Virus record (IMG/VR): IMGVR_UViG_3300029479_000005
Reading direction: 5' to 3' (one strand)
Origin: a virus
Length of the DNA stretch: 58,493 nucleotides
A program made the translations under genes and the position numbers. Under the pieces are notes generated by a model, which was not told the origin of the DNA, searched no databases, and worked only from the letters and a program-made list of their open reading frames with translations. Positions 27,492 through 36,654 of this stretch are shown piece after piece. Numbering within the stretch: position 1 is the stretch's first letter; each line of letters opens with the position of its first letter.

Positions 27492-28274
27492 ATGGCGAAT
27501 ATATCCGATTGGTTAAATAAAATAAAATCTGCTATATACGGCAGAGAAGTACGAACAGCATTGCACGACTCTATCGATGCTGTGAACCAAGAAACAGAGT
27601 CAAATACAGAGTCTTGTAAGAATTTGCGTAACGACCTTACCACACATTCAAATACAAAAGCAACAGGCAGTGTTTTAGGGCATGTAACTTTATCTGACAG
27701 TGTAAGTGATACTTTCAATAATTCCGAATCGGTTGCCGCAACTCCGCATGCCGTAAAAATTGCATACGACAAAGCGGTTGACGCACGTTCGGCAGCAGAC
27801 TCTAATAGAGCGGCACTGAATGATGAAGTGACAAAACGATCCAATGCAGATAAGGATTTATCTGAACGAATAAACGAACGAGTTAAAACTGATGAGGTTA
27901 TGAGTGAAGATATAAGCACTCTAAAATCAAAAGCACATACGCACGATAACAAGGAAGTTCTTGATGGGATTAGTTCTACAGACATTGAAAAATGGAATGG
28001 CATTAAGGAACAGGTGACACAGGAACAACTTGATGAACATGCTGCTTATAATAACGAACAGATAGCATCTTTGATGCGAGAAATAATGCTTTTACAAACT
28101 GCACTTGGTATTGTAATATACGACGGTGGTTTATTTGAGCAAGACTATGATGAAATAGAATTTGATGGTGGAGATTTCGACAATGAACCGACAGATGAGT
28201 TTGATTGTGGAGATTTCGAACCGTTGAAGATATCAACACAAGTAAACGCTGTCTTAGATGGCGGAAAATATTAA
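27492..28274 (+). CDS. tail fibre / minor structural protein
   Basis: The N-terminal motif SDWLNKIKSAIYGREVRTALHDSIDAVN resembles the conserved N-terminus of Firmicute phage fibre and hyaluronidase-like proteins. Coiled-coil middle; acidic C-terminus. Confidence 0.55.
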   Translation: MANISDWLNKIKSAIYGREVRTALHDSIDAVNQETESNTESCKNLRNDLTTHSNTKATGSVLGHVTLSDSVSDTFNNSESVAATPHAVKIAYDKAVDARSAADSNRAALNDEVTKRSNADKDLSERINERVKTDEVMSEDISTLKSKAHTHDNKEVLDGISSTDIEKWNGIKEQVTQEQLDEHAAYNNEQIASLMREIMLLQTALGIVIYDGGLFEQDYDEIEFDGGDFDNEPTDEFDCGDFEPLKISTQVNAVLDGGKY

Positions 28275-28293
28275 AAAAATGGAGGAATTCAAA

Positions 28294-28959
28294 ATGGCAA
28301 ACACAATTTTAATCAAAAGAGGTTTAATCAAAAATCTTTCAAATCTAACACTAGCAGAGGGCGAATTGGCACTTGCTTATAATGATGACAAAACAAAAAT
28401 TGCTCTTTATGCAGGCAATGGTGGATCAAACATTCTTCTGAATCCGGATGTAACAGTTCCGACAAAGGTTTCAGAGTTGACGAACGACAGTAAGTTTCAA
28501 ACAGAAAGTGAAGTTGCTACTACCGTAGCGGCAGCAATTGCAGCAACAGGACACGCGTCATTCAAGAAAGTTGACAGCATTCCATCTATAGAAACAGCAG
28601 AAGATAACGTATTGTATCTTGTTATGAATAGCAAGACTAATCACTATGATATTTATGCTAAAGTTGATTCGGAAGTAGTATTGCTTGATGACACAACTGT
28701 TGATTTAAGCGGTTATGCAACGGTAGAGGAACTTAATAAGAAAGTTGACAAAGTAGACGGTAAACAACTTTCAACTGAGGATTATACAACAGCGGAAAAA
28801 GAGAAGCTTGCAGGTTTGTCGAATTACACACATCCGACATCACATCCGGCAAGTATGATTACACAAGATTCAACGCATCGCTTTGTTTCAGATGCAGAAA
28901 AAACAGCATGGAACTCTAAATTGGACTCAACAAGTACAATAGATGGAGGAACATTTTAA
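28294..28959 (+). CDS. tail fibre protein (N-terminus MANTILIKRGL…LAEGELAL)
   Basis: Shares its N-terminal motif with the following gene (MAN(T/K)IL(I/L)(K/R)RGL…L..GE.A). Confidence 0.5.
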   Translation: MANTILIKRGLIKNLSNLTLAEGELALAYNDDKTKIALYAGNGGSNILLNPDVTVPTKVSELTNDSKFQTESEVATTVAAAIAATGHASFKKVDSIPSIETAEDNVLYLVMNSKTNHYDIYAKVDSEVVLLDDTTVDLSGYATVEELNKKVDKVDGKQLSTEDYTTAEKEKLAGLSNYTHPTSHPASMITQDSTHRFVSDAEKTAWNSKLDSTSTIDGGTF

Positions 28960-28972
28960 GGAGGTTTAATCC

Positions 28973-30439
28973 ATGGCGAACAAAATCTTATTAAGAAGAG
29001 GGTTAAAATCTAAATTGCCAACTCTTTCGGCAGGAGAACCGGCATATACCACCGATTCTCGTGAATTTTTTATGGGCACCGGAAGTGGTAATGTGAATAT
29101 GGGTGGAAGTCAATGGTATACGGGTACTGCTATGAGCGGCACCAGTACATCAAGCACATATTCGTATACTTCTTGCCCATTGGTTAAAGTTGGCGATATT
29201 TATCTAAACACTTCGTACGGATATATTTATCAATGTACTACCGCCGGAAATGGAAGCAGTGCTAAATGGGTCTATAAAGGCACAATCAGGGGCCCGCAAG
29301 GTGCGACAGGTGCGACTCCAAGTTATTTCCCGAGCAACGGATATTCAAGTATAGACGACTTAACATTAGATGTAGTTGATTTAAAAGGTGAACACTTAGC
29401 ACCGCCTACAACAATTACAATCGGTTGTGTGGATTCAAAACATCAATGGCTGGTCGATTATGTTTGTATGGACGGACAAGATCATTCTGCAATATTTAAG
29501 AAAGCTATTGATGCATTACCATCTAGCGGTGGTAAGATTACAATTTTGGAAGGAAGTTATTCCATTAAAAATACTATATCGTTTAGTAGTAAAAAAGTAG
29601 TGTTTGAGGGCATGGGTTCCGGGACAAGTATAAACGTCAATGGAACTTTTGTAACATCAGGTGGTAACAACAATATAACAATAAGAGACATCGATATTGT
29701 GGCATCTAATGTCGATGGTGGCATATTCGATTTGACAAATACGGACAAGATCAATTTAGATAATTGCAGTATGTCTGTTTCAATAAAATCCGGAATTGTT
29801 ACGAGTACCGACGTAACAGCAGCTGTCAATGGTAGTGGCAACACAGATGTACATTTTAACAATTTGTCATTAACAGCCACATTTAATGCGAATGACGGCG
29901 AATGCGGTGCTGTATTTCGTTATTGTAATGTGCATGGCGATATGTCTAAGATAAAAGTAACAAGAGCATCCGGATGTGATTACAATGTCAATACCTTTAT
30001 GGTTTGTAAAGGTAGGGTGACAAATACCAGCTTGATGAGTGATCATTTCATATTGCATGGCACGGACCCTTTTGTTATTGATAACTGCTATGTGAAATGT
30101 TATTCCATAACACAAATTGAATATGATAACCGCGGAAGTGTAATCAATTCAAGGATTTACATAACAGGAAAAAACACTATATATTGGGCATTAACGCAGA
30201 TTGCAAATTGTCAAATATCTATACCTTATACAAAGACAAAAATCTTATGTAAGGCAGAGATGTTTAATAACAATAAGATAGAAAATAGTGCAAGTAATAT
30301 GTTTGTTTTCTCGCAGTATGCAATTATAGTGGGAAATAAATCAAAATGCACTATGACATCGTCTACCCCTACAGGTGCAGTTATAGCTAATAATGTAGTG
30401 GATTCCTATATGTCCAGTATTCTAACGGGAGAAGAATAA
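28973..30439 (+). CDS. tail fibre / receptor-binding protein with a right-handed beta-helix (pectate-lyase-like, possible depolymerase) domain
   Basis: The N-terminus MANKILLRRGL… is paralogous to the previous gene. Repetitive N/T/G/V/I/D-rich strands such as NITIRDIDIVASNVDGGIFDLTNTDKINLDNCSMS follow. Confidence 0.55.
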   Translation: MANKILLRRGLKSKLPTLSAGEPAYTTDSREFFMGTGSGNVNMGGSQWYTGTAMSGTSTSSTYSYTSCPLVKVGDIYLNTSYGYIYQCTTAGNGSSAKWVYKGTIRGPQGATGATPSYFPSNGYSSIDDLTLDVVDLKGEHLAPPTTITIGCVDSKHQWLVDYVCMDGQDHSAIFKKAIDALPSSGGKITILEGSYSIKNTISFSSKKVVFEGMGSGTSINVNGTFVTSGGNNNITIRDIDIVASNVDGGIFDLTNTDKINLDNCSMSVSIKSGIVTSTDVTAAVNGSGNTDVHFNNLSLTATFNANDGECGAVFRYCNVHGDMSKIKVTRASGCDYNVNTFMVCKGRVTNTSLMSDHFILHGTDPFVIDNCYVKCYSITQIEYDNRGSVINSRIYITGKNTIYWALTQIANCQISIPYTKTKILCKAEMFNNNKIENSASNMFVFSQYAIIVGNKSKCTMTSSTPTGAVIANNVVDSYMSSILTGEE

Positions 30440-30457
30440 AAGAGGAGGTAAATGCAA

Positions 30458-30841
30458 ATGGATATGAACAGATTTTATGTGGAAAATGGAAAAGTAGCAT
30501 TGAACACATATGAAATTGTTGTAAGGCAATATTCAGACCTTGAAAAAAATGAATACTTTGATACGCCTCGTTATGTAAACGATAAAGAGGCATACGAGTT
30601 AGAGGTTAATTATGTGCCAAAGCACAGATTGCTTGAGATTGTGTCAAAAACAGCATTCGACAACTCTGAATATTCTTGGATGGAAGGTATTGAATTGCGA
30701 ACAGCCGATCCACAAAAAGAAATTGCGGACATAGTTTCATATGGTAGTATTGAAGCATACAAGGCAAGTCTTCCGCAGGCACAGGACGAATTTAATCTTG
30801 ATATGGATTATAGAATGTCTAAAATGGAATTGGGATTGTAA
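30458..30841 (+). CDS. hypothetical protein; by position XkdW-like, upstream of xkdX
   Basis: PBSX-like gene order: fibre, then this gene, then XkdX and XhlA. Confidence 0.35.
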   Translation: MDMNRFYVENGKVALNTYEIVVRQYSDLEKNEYFDTPRYVNDKEAYELEVNYVPKHRLLEIVSKTAFDNSEYSWMEGIELRTADPQKEIADIVSYGSIEAYKASLPQAQDEFNLDMDYRMSKMELGL

Positions 30842-30856
30842 AGAGGAGGAAATGAT

Positions 30857-31006
30857 ATGACTTATGGTTATTGCAAAAAAATAATCGCAAGCGGTAAATA
30901 CGATAAAAATGAAATGAAAGATAAATTGGATGTTTTTCTGTTGGCTAATCGTATTACCGATGAGCAATACAAGGAATTAATACAACTAATAAACGGTGGT
31001 GAGTAA
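30857..31006 (+). CDS. XkdX-family small phage protein (49 aa)
   Basis: MTYGYCKKIIASGKYDKNEMKDKLDVFLLANRITDEQYKELIQLINGGE fits the XkdX pattern (Y..IK..Y..G.Y....L..F…I..E.Y.E.I). The ORF falls below the size cutoff of the supplied ORF track. Confidence 0.65.
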   Translation: MTYGYCKKIIASGKYDKNEMKDKLDVFLLANRITDEQYKELIQLINGGE

Positions 31007-31317
31007 TGTTGGATACACCGATTACAAGAGCTGAACATGAAGAATTTCGTAGACGAATAGAGGAAGAACATAGTCGACAAAATAGACGCTTGGAACTTTT
31101 AGAAGAGAGTATCGAGCGTCTTAATGCTCTTAACACGTCTATTGAGAAACTTGCATTAAACATGGAGAGTATGCTAAAAGAGCAGGTTCGCCAAGGTAAA
31201 CGTCTTGAAGTGCTGGAGAATAGGGATGGAGAGATGTGGCGTAAATTATTATCTCATGCTGTTACCACCGTGGTTGGTATAATTGTCGGATACATATTTA
31301 CTCATATAGGTTTTTAA
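31006..31317 (+). CDS. XhlA-family protein (coiled coil plus a C-terminal TM; lysis-associated)
   Basis: Coiled-coil N-terminus followed by the hydrophobic tail AVTTVVGIIVGYIFTHIGF; sits between xkdX and the amidase. Confidence 0.6.
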   Translation: MLDTPITRAEHEEFRRRIEEEHSRQNRRLELLEESIERLNALNTSIEKLALNMESMLKEQVRQGKRLEVLENRDGEMWRKLLSHAVTTVVGIIVGYIFTHIGF

Positions 31318-31334
31318 AAAAGGAAGTGTTATGT

Positions 31335-32141
31335 ATGAGAATAGGTATAAACTGTGGACACACTGTTAGCGGACAACCAGGCTGTGGAGCTGTTGGACGT
31401 ATTGATGAAAGTGTAGAAACTCGGGCTGTAGGAAAAATTCTTATCGATATGTTAAAATCGCAGGGGCATACTGTGCATGACTGTACGAATGATTATGCTC
31501 CATCAACGACGTCTAATTTAAGACAAATAATAGATATGGCTAATGCACATCCGCTAGATTTGTTTGTATCAATTCATTTCAATAGTGGTGGTGGTAGAGG
31601 AACAGAGGTATTTACATACGGAGGAAAAATATTTCCAGAGGCAGAGAATACTTGCAAAGCTATTCATGAATTGGGATTTAAAAACCGAGGCATAAAAGAT
31701 GGTTCAAACTTATATGTTGTTAGAAGAAGTAATGCTAAAGCCATGTTAGTTGAATGTTGCTTTGTTGATACGGATGATGCAGATGAATACAAAAGTATTG
31801 GTGCTAAGAAGATGGCATCAGCAATATGTAAAGGAATAACAGGTCAAGCCGGAAACGAGGATGATGATATGAAAAATTATGATGAAATTATAAACAAAAT
31901 GGGAGAAGAAATTGCATCTTTGAAAGAAGAAGTGAAAATTTTGAAAAATCCAATGATTTATAATTTTGTGGATGAAAATATGCCTGGTTGGGCAAAAGAG
32001 GCTGTTCAATGGTGCATAGATAAAGGTATCATATCGGGTACCGGAAATGGTTTAAATCTAACAGATGCCAAGCTATGGACGTGTGTTGTAATACACAGAA
32101 CAGTAAAATTGATTGCCAAAATTATAAATGTGAAGATCTGA
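31335..32141 (+). CDS. N-acetylmuramoyl-L-alanine amidase (Amidase_3) endolysin with a C-terminal wall-binding region
   Basis: MRIGINCGHT…LDLFVSIHFNSGGGRGTEVF matches the amidase_3 signature (GH…SiH.N…G.E). AGGAAG ribosome-binding site 9 nt upstream of the ATG at 31335. Confidence 0.8.
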   Translation: MRIGINCGHTVSGQPGCGAVGRIDESVETRAVGKILIDMLKSQGHTVHDCTNDYAPSTTSNLRQIIDMANAHPLDLFVSIHFNSGGGRGTEVFTYGGKIFPEAENTCKAIHELGFKNRGIKDGSNLYVVRRSNAKAMLVECCFVDTDDADEYKSIGAKKMASAICKGITGQAGNEDDDMKNYDEIINKMGEEIASLKEEVKILKNPMIYNFVDENMPGWAKEAVQWCIDKGIISGTGNGLNLTDAKLWTCVVIHRTVKLIAKIINVKI

Positions 32142-32156
32142 TAGGGGGGCATTTTT

Positions 32157-32372
32157 ATGAAAATGAATGACAAGACGTATGACGTATTGAAATGGATTGC
32201 TACATATCTATTACCTGCTTTGGGAACTTTATATTTTGCTTTGGCACAAATATGGAATCTTCCATATGGCGAACAAGTTGTGGGATCAATAACCGCAATA
32301 GATACATTTCTGGGAGTTGTATTAGGTTTAAGTACAAGCCAATATAATAAACAGAAAGAGTCAGATAACTAG
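32157..32372 (+). CDS. holin (71 aa, 2 predicted TM)
   Basis: Hydrophobic helices at LKWIATYLLPALGTLYFALAQIW and ITAIDTFLGVVLGLS; lies immediately after the endolysin. Confidence 0.6.
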   Translation: MKMNDKTYDVLKWIATYLLPALGTLYFALAQIWNLPYGEQVVGSITAIDTFLGVVLGLSTSQYNKQKESDN

Positions 32373-32582
32373 CAGTTTGATGTTATGCGACCGTATCAGA
32401 AATAAAAAAGTATAGGTTAAACATACACTATACATACATTTTTGATCTCAAAATGGCTTGAAACCTAACTTTATATGTTTCCGTAGAGGAAGCTGCAAAG
32501 GCTGGTAAGTTCTAATAAACATAGTAAGCATGCGTGTTTACGGAGTGGTAAAAAGTTAAAAAAGGTGGAGTAATGTATGCAA

Positions 32583-32626
32583 TTCCTACATTACTCCTAC
32601 ACTACTCCTATACTTAAATTCCTACA
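32583..32626. repeat. four direct repeats of (T/C)TCCTA(C/T)A spaced about 10-15 bp apart, 3' of the integrase gene: candidate integrase arm-type binding sites / attP arm
   Basis: Copies are ttcctaca at 32583, ctcctaca at 32594, ctcctata at 32604 and ttcctaca at 32619, read directly. Confidence 0.45.
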
Positions 32627-32642
32627 CAACTAAAACTGTAAA

Positions 32643-33875
32643 TCAGTTAATCTTTTCTATTTCTGTTTTTAACCAGGATGCTTCTCTTTTTGTATAGACT
32701 TTTTCTGTCAAATCATTGATTTTGTGTCCAACAATATATTTTATAGCAAATTGGTCTACGTTATATTTTTTTGCTGTTGTAACAAAATATACTCTACCGT
32801 CATGTGGTTTGTGTTCGGGGTTTAAATTTAAACATTCTATAATTTTTTTGAAACGGCTTCTATATTTGTCATATGTAAGGTTGACACTATTTTTTGATTC
32901 AGGGCAGTTAAAAAGATATTTACTATGCAGTCTAACTGCTTCGTCATATCTAAATTTAACAAGCTCTTTTATTTTTGAATGTATCGGAACAATTCTTTCT
33001 GTTCCGGCTTCGGTTTTCATTCCACCAATAAAAGTATTGTTTTTAAAGTCTATATTTTTTAGTTCAATTAAACCAAGTTCTTGCGGTCGCCATCCAGAAT
33101 AGCATTGTATTAACAAAATATCGACATATGGAACTTTATAAAGATTATCCCACAATATTGATATTTCTTCGTCCGAAAATGTTATATGACTGTCGGAGTT
33201 TTCTTCACATTCTTTTAAAACATCGGATGAAGTATTAAAAGTTCGAGCATAATTTCTATCTACTATTTCGTATTCTAATGCATAGTCTAGCATCAGGTTA
33301 AATAGCGATTTTATTCGGGATTGCATATTCGCAGAAGGCAGTCGTTTTTCACCTTTTATTATAGCTACACCATCGTCCATACATCCTTTGATGTGTCGAG
33401 CCCTAATATCCTTGGCTCTCATATTGTATATCGATGAACAATAAGACCATGCGGAAGTGATCGTACGAATACTCGATGCTGATTTTAATGTTTTAAAGTA
33501 TTCACTTGTCCATTTTTCGTATAGTTCTGAGACTGTGATAGCTACATCAAGGTCGTATGGATTATTATTATATTCTATTAATGCTTCGTATGCAGCATTA
33601 TAAGTAGGAAAATATGATTGCGGTTTGAGTGGTTTGCAAATACTTCTTCCTGTTTCTGTTTTACCAACAGTAATCATTGCACGAAATGGATTACGTAACT
33701 TTCTATTCTTAATTTCACTTATTTGACCAAAACCGTTTGGCAATCTTCTTCTTTTATTATTTTTTCCTTTCATTTTTTTTGGTAATTTCTCTGGCTTTAA
33801 AGGAAAGCCACAATGAGGGCAATATATTGCTTTGTCGCTAACATTTAAAGCACATTCGGGACATGGCATTAACAT
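32643..33875 (-). CDS. int: tyrosine integrase (phage integrase family) with an N-terminal zinc ribbon
   Basis: C-terminal catalytic region with …HDGRVYFVT…VGHK…VYTK (R…HxxR…Y). N-terminal CPECALNVSDKAIYCPHCG. Confidence 0.85.
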   Translation of the reverse strand: MLMPCPECALNVSDKAIYCPHCGFPLKPEKLPKKMKGKNNKRRRLPNGFGQISEIKNRKLRNPFRAMITVGKTETGRSICKPLKPQSYFPTYNAAYEALIEYNNNPYDLDVAITVSELYEKWTSEYFKTLKSASSIRTITSAWSYCSSIYNMRAKDIRARHIKGCMDDGVAIIKGEKRLPSANMQSRIKSLFNLMLDYALEYEIVDRNYARTFNTSSDVLKECEENSDSHITFSDEEISILWDNLYKVPYVDILLIQCYSGWRPQELGLIELKNIDFKNNTFIGGMKTEAGTERIVPIHSKIKELVKFRYDEAVRLHSKYLFNCPESKNSVNLTYDKYRSRFKKIIECLNLNPEHKPHDGRVYFVTTAKKYNVDQFAIKYIVGHKINDLTEKVYTKREASWLKTEIEKIN

Positions 33876-33920
33876 GTTTTTTCTCTCCTGTCATAGTTTT
33901 TAGCAAAAATTATACATCAA

Positions 33921-33943
33921 AGTGTAGGAATTGTCAACTCCTA
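33921..33943. promoter_or_regulatory. perfect 7-bp inverted repeat TGTAGGA-N9-TCCTACA in the integrase upstream region (operator / arm-type site). The half-site is the same as the repeats at 32583-32626.
   Basis: Read directly. Confidence 0.5.
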
Positions 33944-33946
33944 CAT

Positions 33947-34270
33947 CTAAAAATACATTTTTAAAAGTCTATTTTTTTCACTTAGCCAACGATTCATAGT
34001 CATCTCGCAAGGATAGTCTTCGTATCCTAGAGTTTCAGGAGTAATCAGACCTTCAATTACACCAATGATTATTTCAGACTCATATTCTTTATATGGTATT
34101 ATTGAACTTGGGAGCTCTCTATGTAACGATTTACACGAACTGCAACGAAGTCTACGAATTACAATCTTTTTAGTTTTCCCTCTTTTTGTTTTCACTGTTC
34201 TTTTTACACTGTCGTAATATTTCAACTTATTTTTACAAATAGGACAATATTTTTCATTTATTTTAATCAT
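33947..34270 (-). CDS. zinc-ribbon protein (CPICK…CSSCKS), co-oriented with the integrase; candidate recombination directionality factor or regulator
   Basis: Two CxxC pairs and a basic region; the functional call rests on position only. Confidence 0.45.
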   Translation of the reverse strand: MIKINEKYCPICKNKLKYYDSVKRTVKTKRGKTKKIVIRRLRCSSCKSLHRELPSSIIPYKEYESEIIIGVIEGLITPETLGYEDYPCEMTMNRWLSEKNRLLKMYF

Positions 34271-34283
34271 GACGTAACATATT

Positions 34284-34313
34284 TTAACACTAATACGCGA
34301 AATTTACAAGGCG
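34284..34313 (+). promoter_or_regulatory. member of the repeated promoter-like motif family (TACGCGAAA-N10-TATTATGAAG)
   Basis: Copy 1 of 11; lies upstream of the tRNA-like element. Confidence 0.35.
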
Positions 34314-34316
34314 TAT

Positions 34317-34390
34317 TATGAAGAGAAAGACATTAGCTCAGTTGGTAGAGCGGCAGATATATCTATCTGAGGGTCGCAAGTTCGATTCTT
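34317..34390 (+). tRNA. tRNA-like element: canonical D-arm (GCTCAGTTGGTAGAGC) and T-arm (GCAAG-TTCGATT-CTTGC), but an imperfect acceptor stem and a non-canonical anticodon loop. Either a phage-encoded tRNA, or the 3' tRNA-derived part of attP.
   Basis: Folded by eye. The acceptor stem has 2 mismatches. The anticodon stem CAGAT/ATCTG closes a 6-nt loop ATATCT. Confidence 0.4.
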
Positions 34391-34545
34391 GCATGCCATT
34401 CTCTTTTTTATAAAACCAACATCGTAATTTATATTTAGGAAAGGAGTTTTTTTGATTACAGAAAAAAGTGGATATTTCCACTCGATGTGTTTTTACAAGA
34501 AGTCATTTTTAAGCTAGAATAGCAGTTGAAAGGAGACGAACGCAG

Positions 34546-34830
34546 ATGGAAAAACAAAACATTAACCAAAAAGAACCAATGAATGAGGTTAAATTTGCCG
34601 ATGGATCTGTACCAGTTGCAGTAGCAGCAAGAGTATATGGAAAAGAGGCACATTGGGTTAGAGCTGGAATTATAGTTGGTTGGTTACCAATAGGAACAGC
34701 TACGAGAAAGGGTCAGGTTGTAAAAACTATAAAAGAAATGGATTCAAGATATGGTAGAATCAACTATTATATTTCGCCTAAGAAGTTATACGAAGACACT
34801 GGCTACATATGGAAGGGAGAAAAAAGATAA
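34546..34830 (+). CDS. hypothetical protein (94 aa)
   Basis: GAAAGGAGACG ribosome-binding site. Confidence 0.5.
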   Translation: MEKQNINQKEPMNEVKFADGSVPVAVAARVYGKEAHWVRAGIIVGWLPIGTATRKGQVVKTIKEMDSRYGRINYYISPKKLYEDTGYIWKGEKR

Positions 34831-34831
34831 G

Positions 34832-35248
34832 ATGAGCACGACTATACGACCAAAAATTTCTGAAAAGAACAAATACTACATCGATAAACATCGTTATTAC
34901 GAATTAAAGCATTTTTGTTTACAGTACCCATTATGGGAAAAGCAATATAATGAGTTAATGAATATTACCAAAATTTCCGATTTAAAGAAAAGTAGTCGAA
35001 CAAATAAGATAACCGATTATACAGCTGAAACTGTAGAAAAAAGGTTATATTATCGCGAAAGAATGGATGTGGTTAACAAGGCTACTCAAGATGCAGATAC
35101 TGAATTGGCAAGTTATATTTTTAAAGCCGTTACACAAGGATTATCATATGAAGCTCTTCGATTACAAATGAATATGCCTTGTTCAAGGGATATATATTAT
35201 GATAGATATAGACGATTCTTCTATTTGTTAAGTAAGTATAGAAGATAA
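34832..35248 (+). CDS. putative sigma-like / ArpU-family phage transcriptional regulator (138 aa)
   Basis: Aromatic-rich N-terminus (YYELKHFCLQYPLW). C-terminal region-4-like HTH (GLSYEALRLQMNMPCSRDIYYDRYRR). Confidence 0.35.
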   Translation: MSTTIRPKISEKNKYYIDKHRYYELKHFCLQYPLWEKQYNELMNITKISDLKKSSRTNKITDYTAETVEKRLYYRERMDVVNKATQDADTELASYIFKAVTQGLSYEALRLQMNMPCSRDIYYDRYRRFFYLLSKYRR

Positions 35249-35294
35249 ACCTACGCATATTTATCATATCCTATTATGATAGGAGGAGATAAAT

Positions 35295-35591
35295 ATGAAC
35301 AATACACTTAGCAAACTTATGAATAAGTTCATAATCAAAACTCATCATTTTATTGTATTTGAAGATGATGTACTAAAAACCATAGAGGTTATCAACAAAA
35401 ATCGGAATTGCGTCAAAATATTATTATATGGACGTATTAGGATTTGGTCAGATGGCCGTATATGGCATATAGTATTTAAAGCTTCTAATACCGAATGGTG
35501 CTCATTGATAAACGAACTGAAAGTTATTCGAGTTTGGGATATTTCTTGTATTCCTAAAACTACGAACGGTAGTATTTATTCAACAGATTAA
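35295..35591 (+). CDS. hypothetical protein (98 aa)
   Basis: GGAGGAG ribosome-binding site. Confidence 0.5.
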   Translation: MNNTLSKLMNKFIIKTHHFIVFEDDVLKTIEVINKNRNCVKILLYGRIRIWSDGRIWHIVFKASNTEWCSLINELKVIRVWDISCIPKTTNGSIYSTD

Positions 35592-35596
35592 AGAAT

Positions 35597-35633
35597 TGAG
35601 TCCTAACAAGGACTCTCTTCTTTTTTTTTTTTT
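35597..35633 (+). terminator. rho-independent terminator, GAGTCCTAACAAGGACTC family (copy 2)
   Basis: 7-bp stem, AACA loop, and a long T-run. Confidence 0.7.
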
Positions 35634-35663
35634 GCACGAAAAAAACATATCTCTTTATGAAGA
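35634..35663 (+). promoter_or_regulatory. promoter-like motif family member (GCACGAAAAAAACA-N6-CTTTATGAAG)
   Basis: Copy 2 of 11. Confidence 0.3.
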
Positions 35664-35702
35664 AAATAGTAGTTAATATTACTAAAAATGGAGGTATGAA
35701 TT

Positions 35703-35939
35703 ATGAAAAGAGTATTAACTAGTATAGCATTAGTGGTATGCACAATAGCAGTTTGTATCGGTTTATATAAAGTCGGATACGATAGCGGAGTTAGTAATGG
35801 TTACAAACGTGGAATTACGGATGGAAAAATCATGAGAAACGAAGAAATCGAAAAGGAAGTTAAAAACCATATGTACAAATTGGGATCATATTACGGAATT
35901 GATGGTATCACAGTTGATTACTACATAAAGAAAAGATAA
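35703..35939 (+). CDS. small membrane protein (78 aa, N-terminal TM)
   Basis: GGAGGT ribosome-binding site; hydrophobic segment ALVVCTIAVCIGLY. Confidence 0.5.
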   Translation: MKRVLTSIALVVCTIAVCIGLYKVGYDSGVSNGYKRGITDGKIMRNEEIEKEVKNHMYKLGSYYGIDGITVDYYIKKR

Positions 35940-36063
35940 CATATTAACCACTAATTAAAAAAAAGGGGAAAGTCTGAGGAAACTTGGACTTCTCTTTTTT
36001 TTTCAGCACACAGGTTACAATAATATATGTTATTTTATTATTGTGGTAAAGGATAGATAAGAA

Positions 36064-36092
36064 CCGCATAAAAAACAGTTTCTTTTATGGAA
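36064..36092 (+). promoter_or_regulatory. promoter-like motif family member (CCGCATAAAAAACA…TTTTATGGAA)
   Basis: Copy 3 of 11. Confidence 0.3.
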
Positions 36093-36127
36093 CTATGAAA
36101 AATTATATTTTTGAAAGGAGAGCTAAA

Positions 36128-36595
36128 ATGAAAAAAAACATTAAAGATTTGTTAGATGAGGAAATTATAGCACAAATTGAAAGTCTAAAAACGCTAGATG
36201 ACGGATCGAAAGAAAAGCAGTCAGCAATAGATGATTTAAACAAGTTGTACCGTTTAAAAATCGATGAGACTAGAATGGGGCTGGAATTTGAAGAAAAGAA
36301 AGAACGACGCGAGATGGAAAATACTCTGCAGTCTGATGAGTTAATAATAAAAGAAAAACAATTAGATGCAGAAAACGATGCTCGTAGTTGCGAGGAACAA
36401 TTCAAAGCAGAACAGCTTAAAGAACAGGTTAAAGATCGATATTTCAAAGTGGGAATAGCAGCTGCAGAAATCATAATACCGATTGTGTTTTATGGGGTCT
36501 GGCTAAAGAGAGGTTTTAAATTCGAGGAGACTGGTATATTTACCTCAACAACATTCAGAAGTTTATTCAATCGTTTTAAACCGACTAAGAAATAA
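36128..36595 (+). CDS. coiled-coil protein with a C-terminal TM (155 aa)
   Basis: GAAAGGAGAG ribosome-binding site 8 nt upstream of the ATG at 36128. Confidence 0.5.
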   Translation: MKKNIKDLLDEEIIAQIESLKTLDDGSKEKQSAIDDLNKLYRLKIDETRMGLEFEEKKERREMENTLQSDELIIKEKQLDAENDARSCEEQFKAEQLKEQVKDRYFKVGIAAAEIIIPIVFYGVWLKRGFKFEETGIFTSTTFRSLFNRFKPTKK

Positions 36596-36654
36596 TATTT
36601 ACAATGCAGTTCTAAACGAGGAGACGCGTTATATGCGCGCACTCTTCGTTTTTC

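Noticed and set aside
27422-28003. 193-aa minus-strand ORF overlapping the fibre gene
   Set aside because: No ribosome-binding site; fully embedded antisense to a well-supported + strand gene.
32716-33102. 128-aa + strand ORF inside the integrase gene
   Set aside because: Antisense to the integrase catalytic domain; no ribosome-binding site.
36103-36474. 123-aa minus-strand ORF
   Set aside because: Antisense to the ribosome-binding-site-supported + strand coiled-coil gene 36128..36595.
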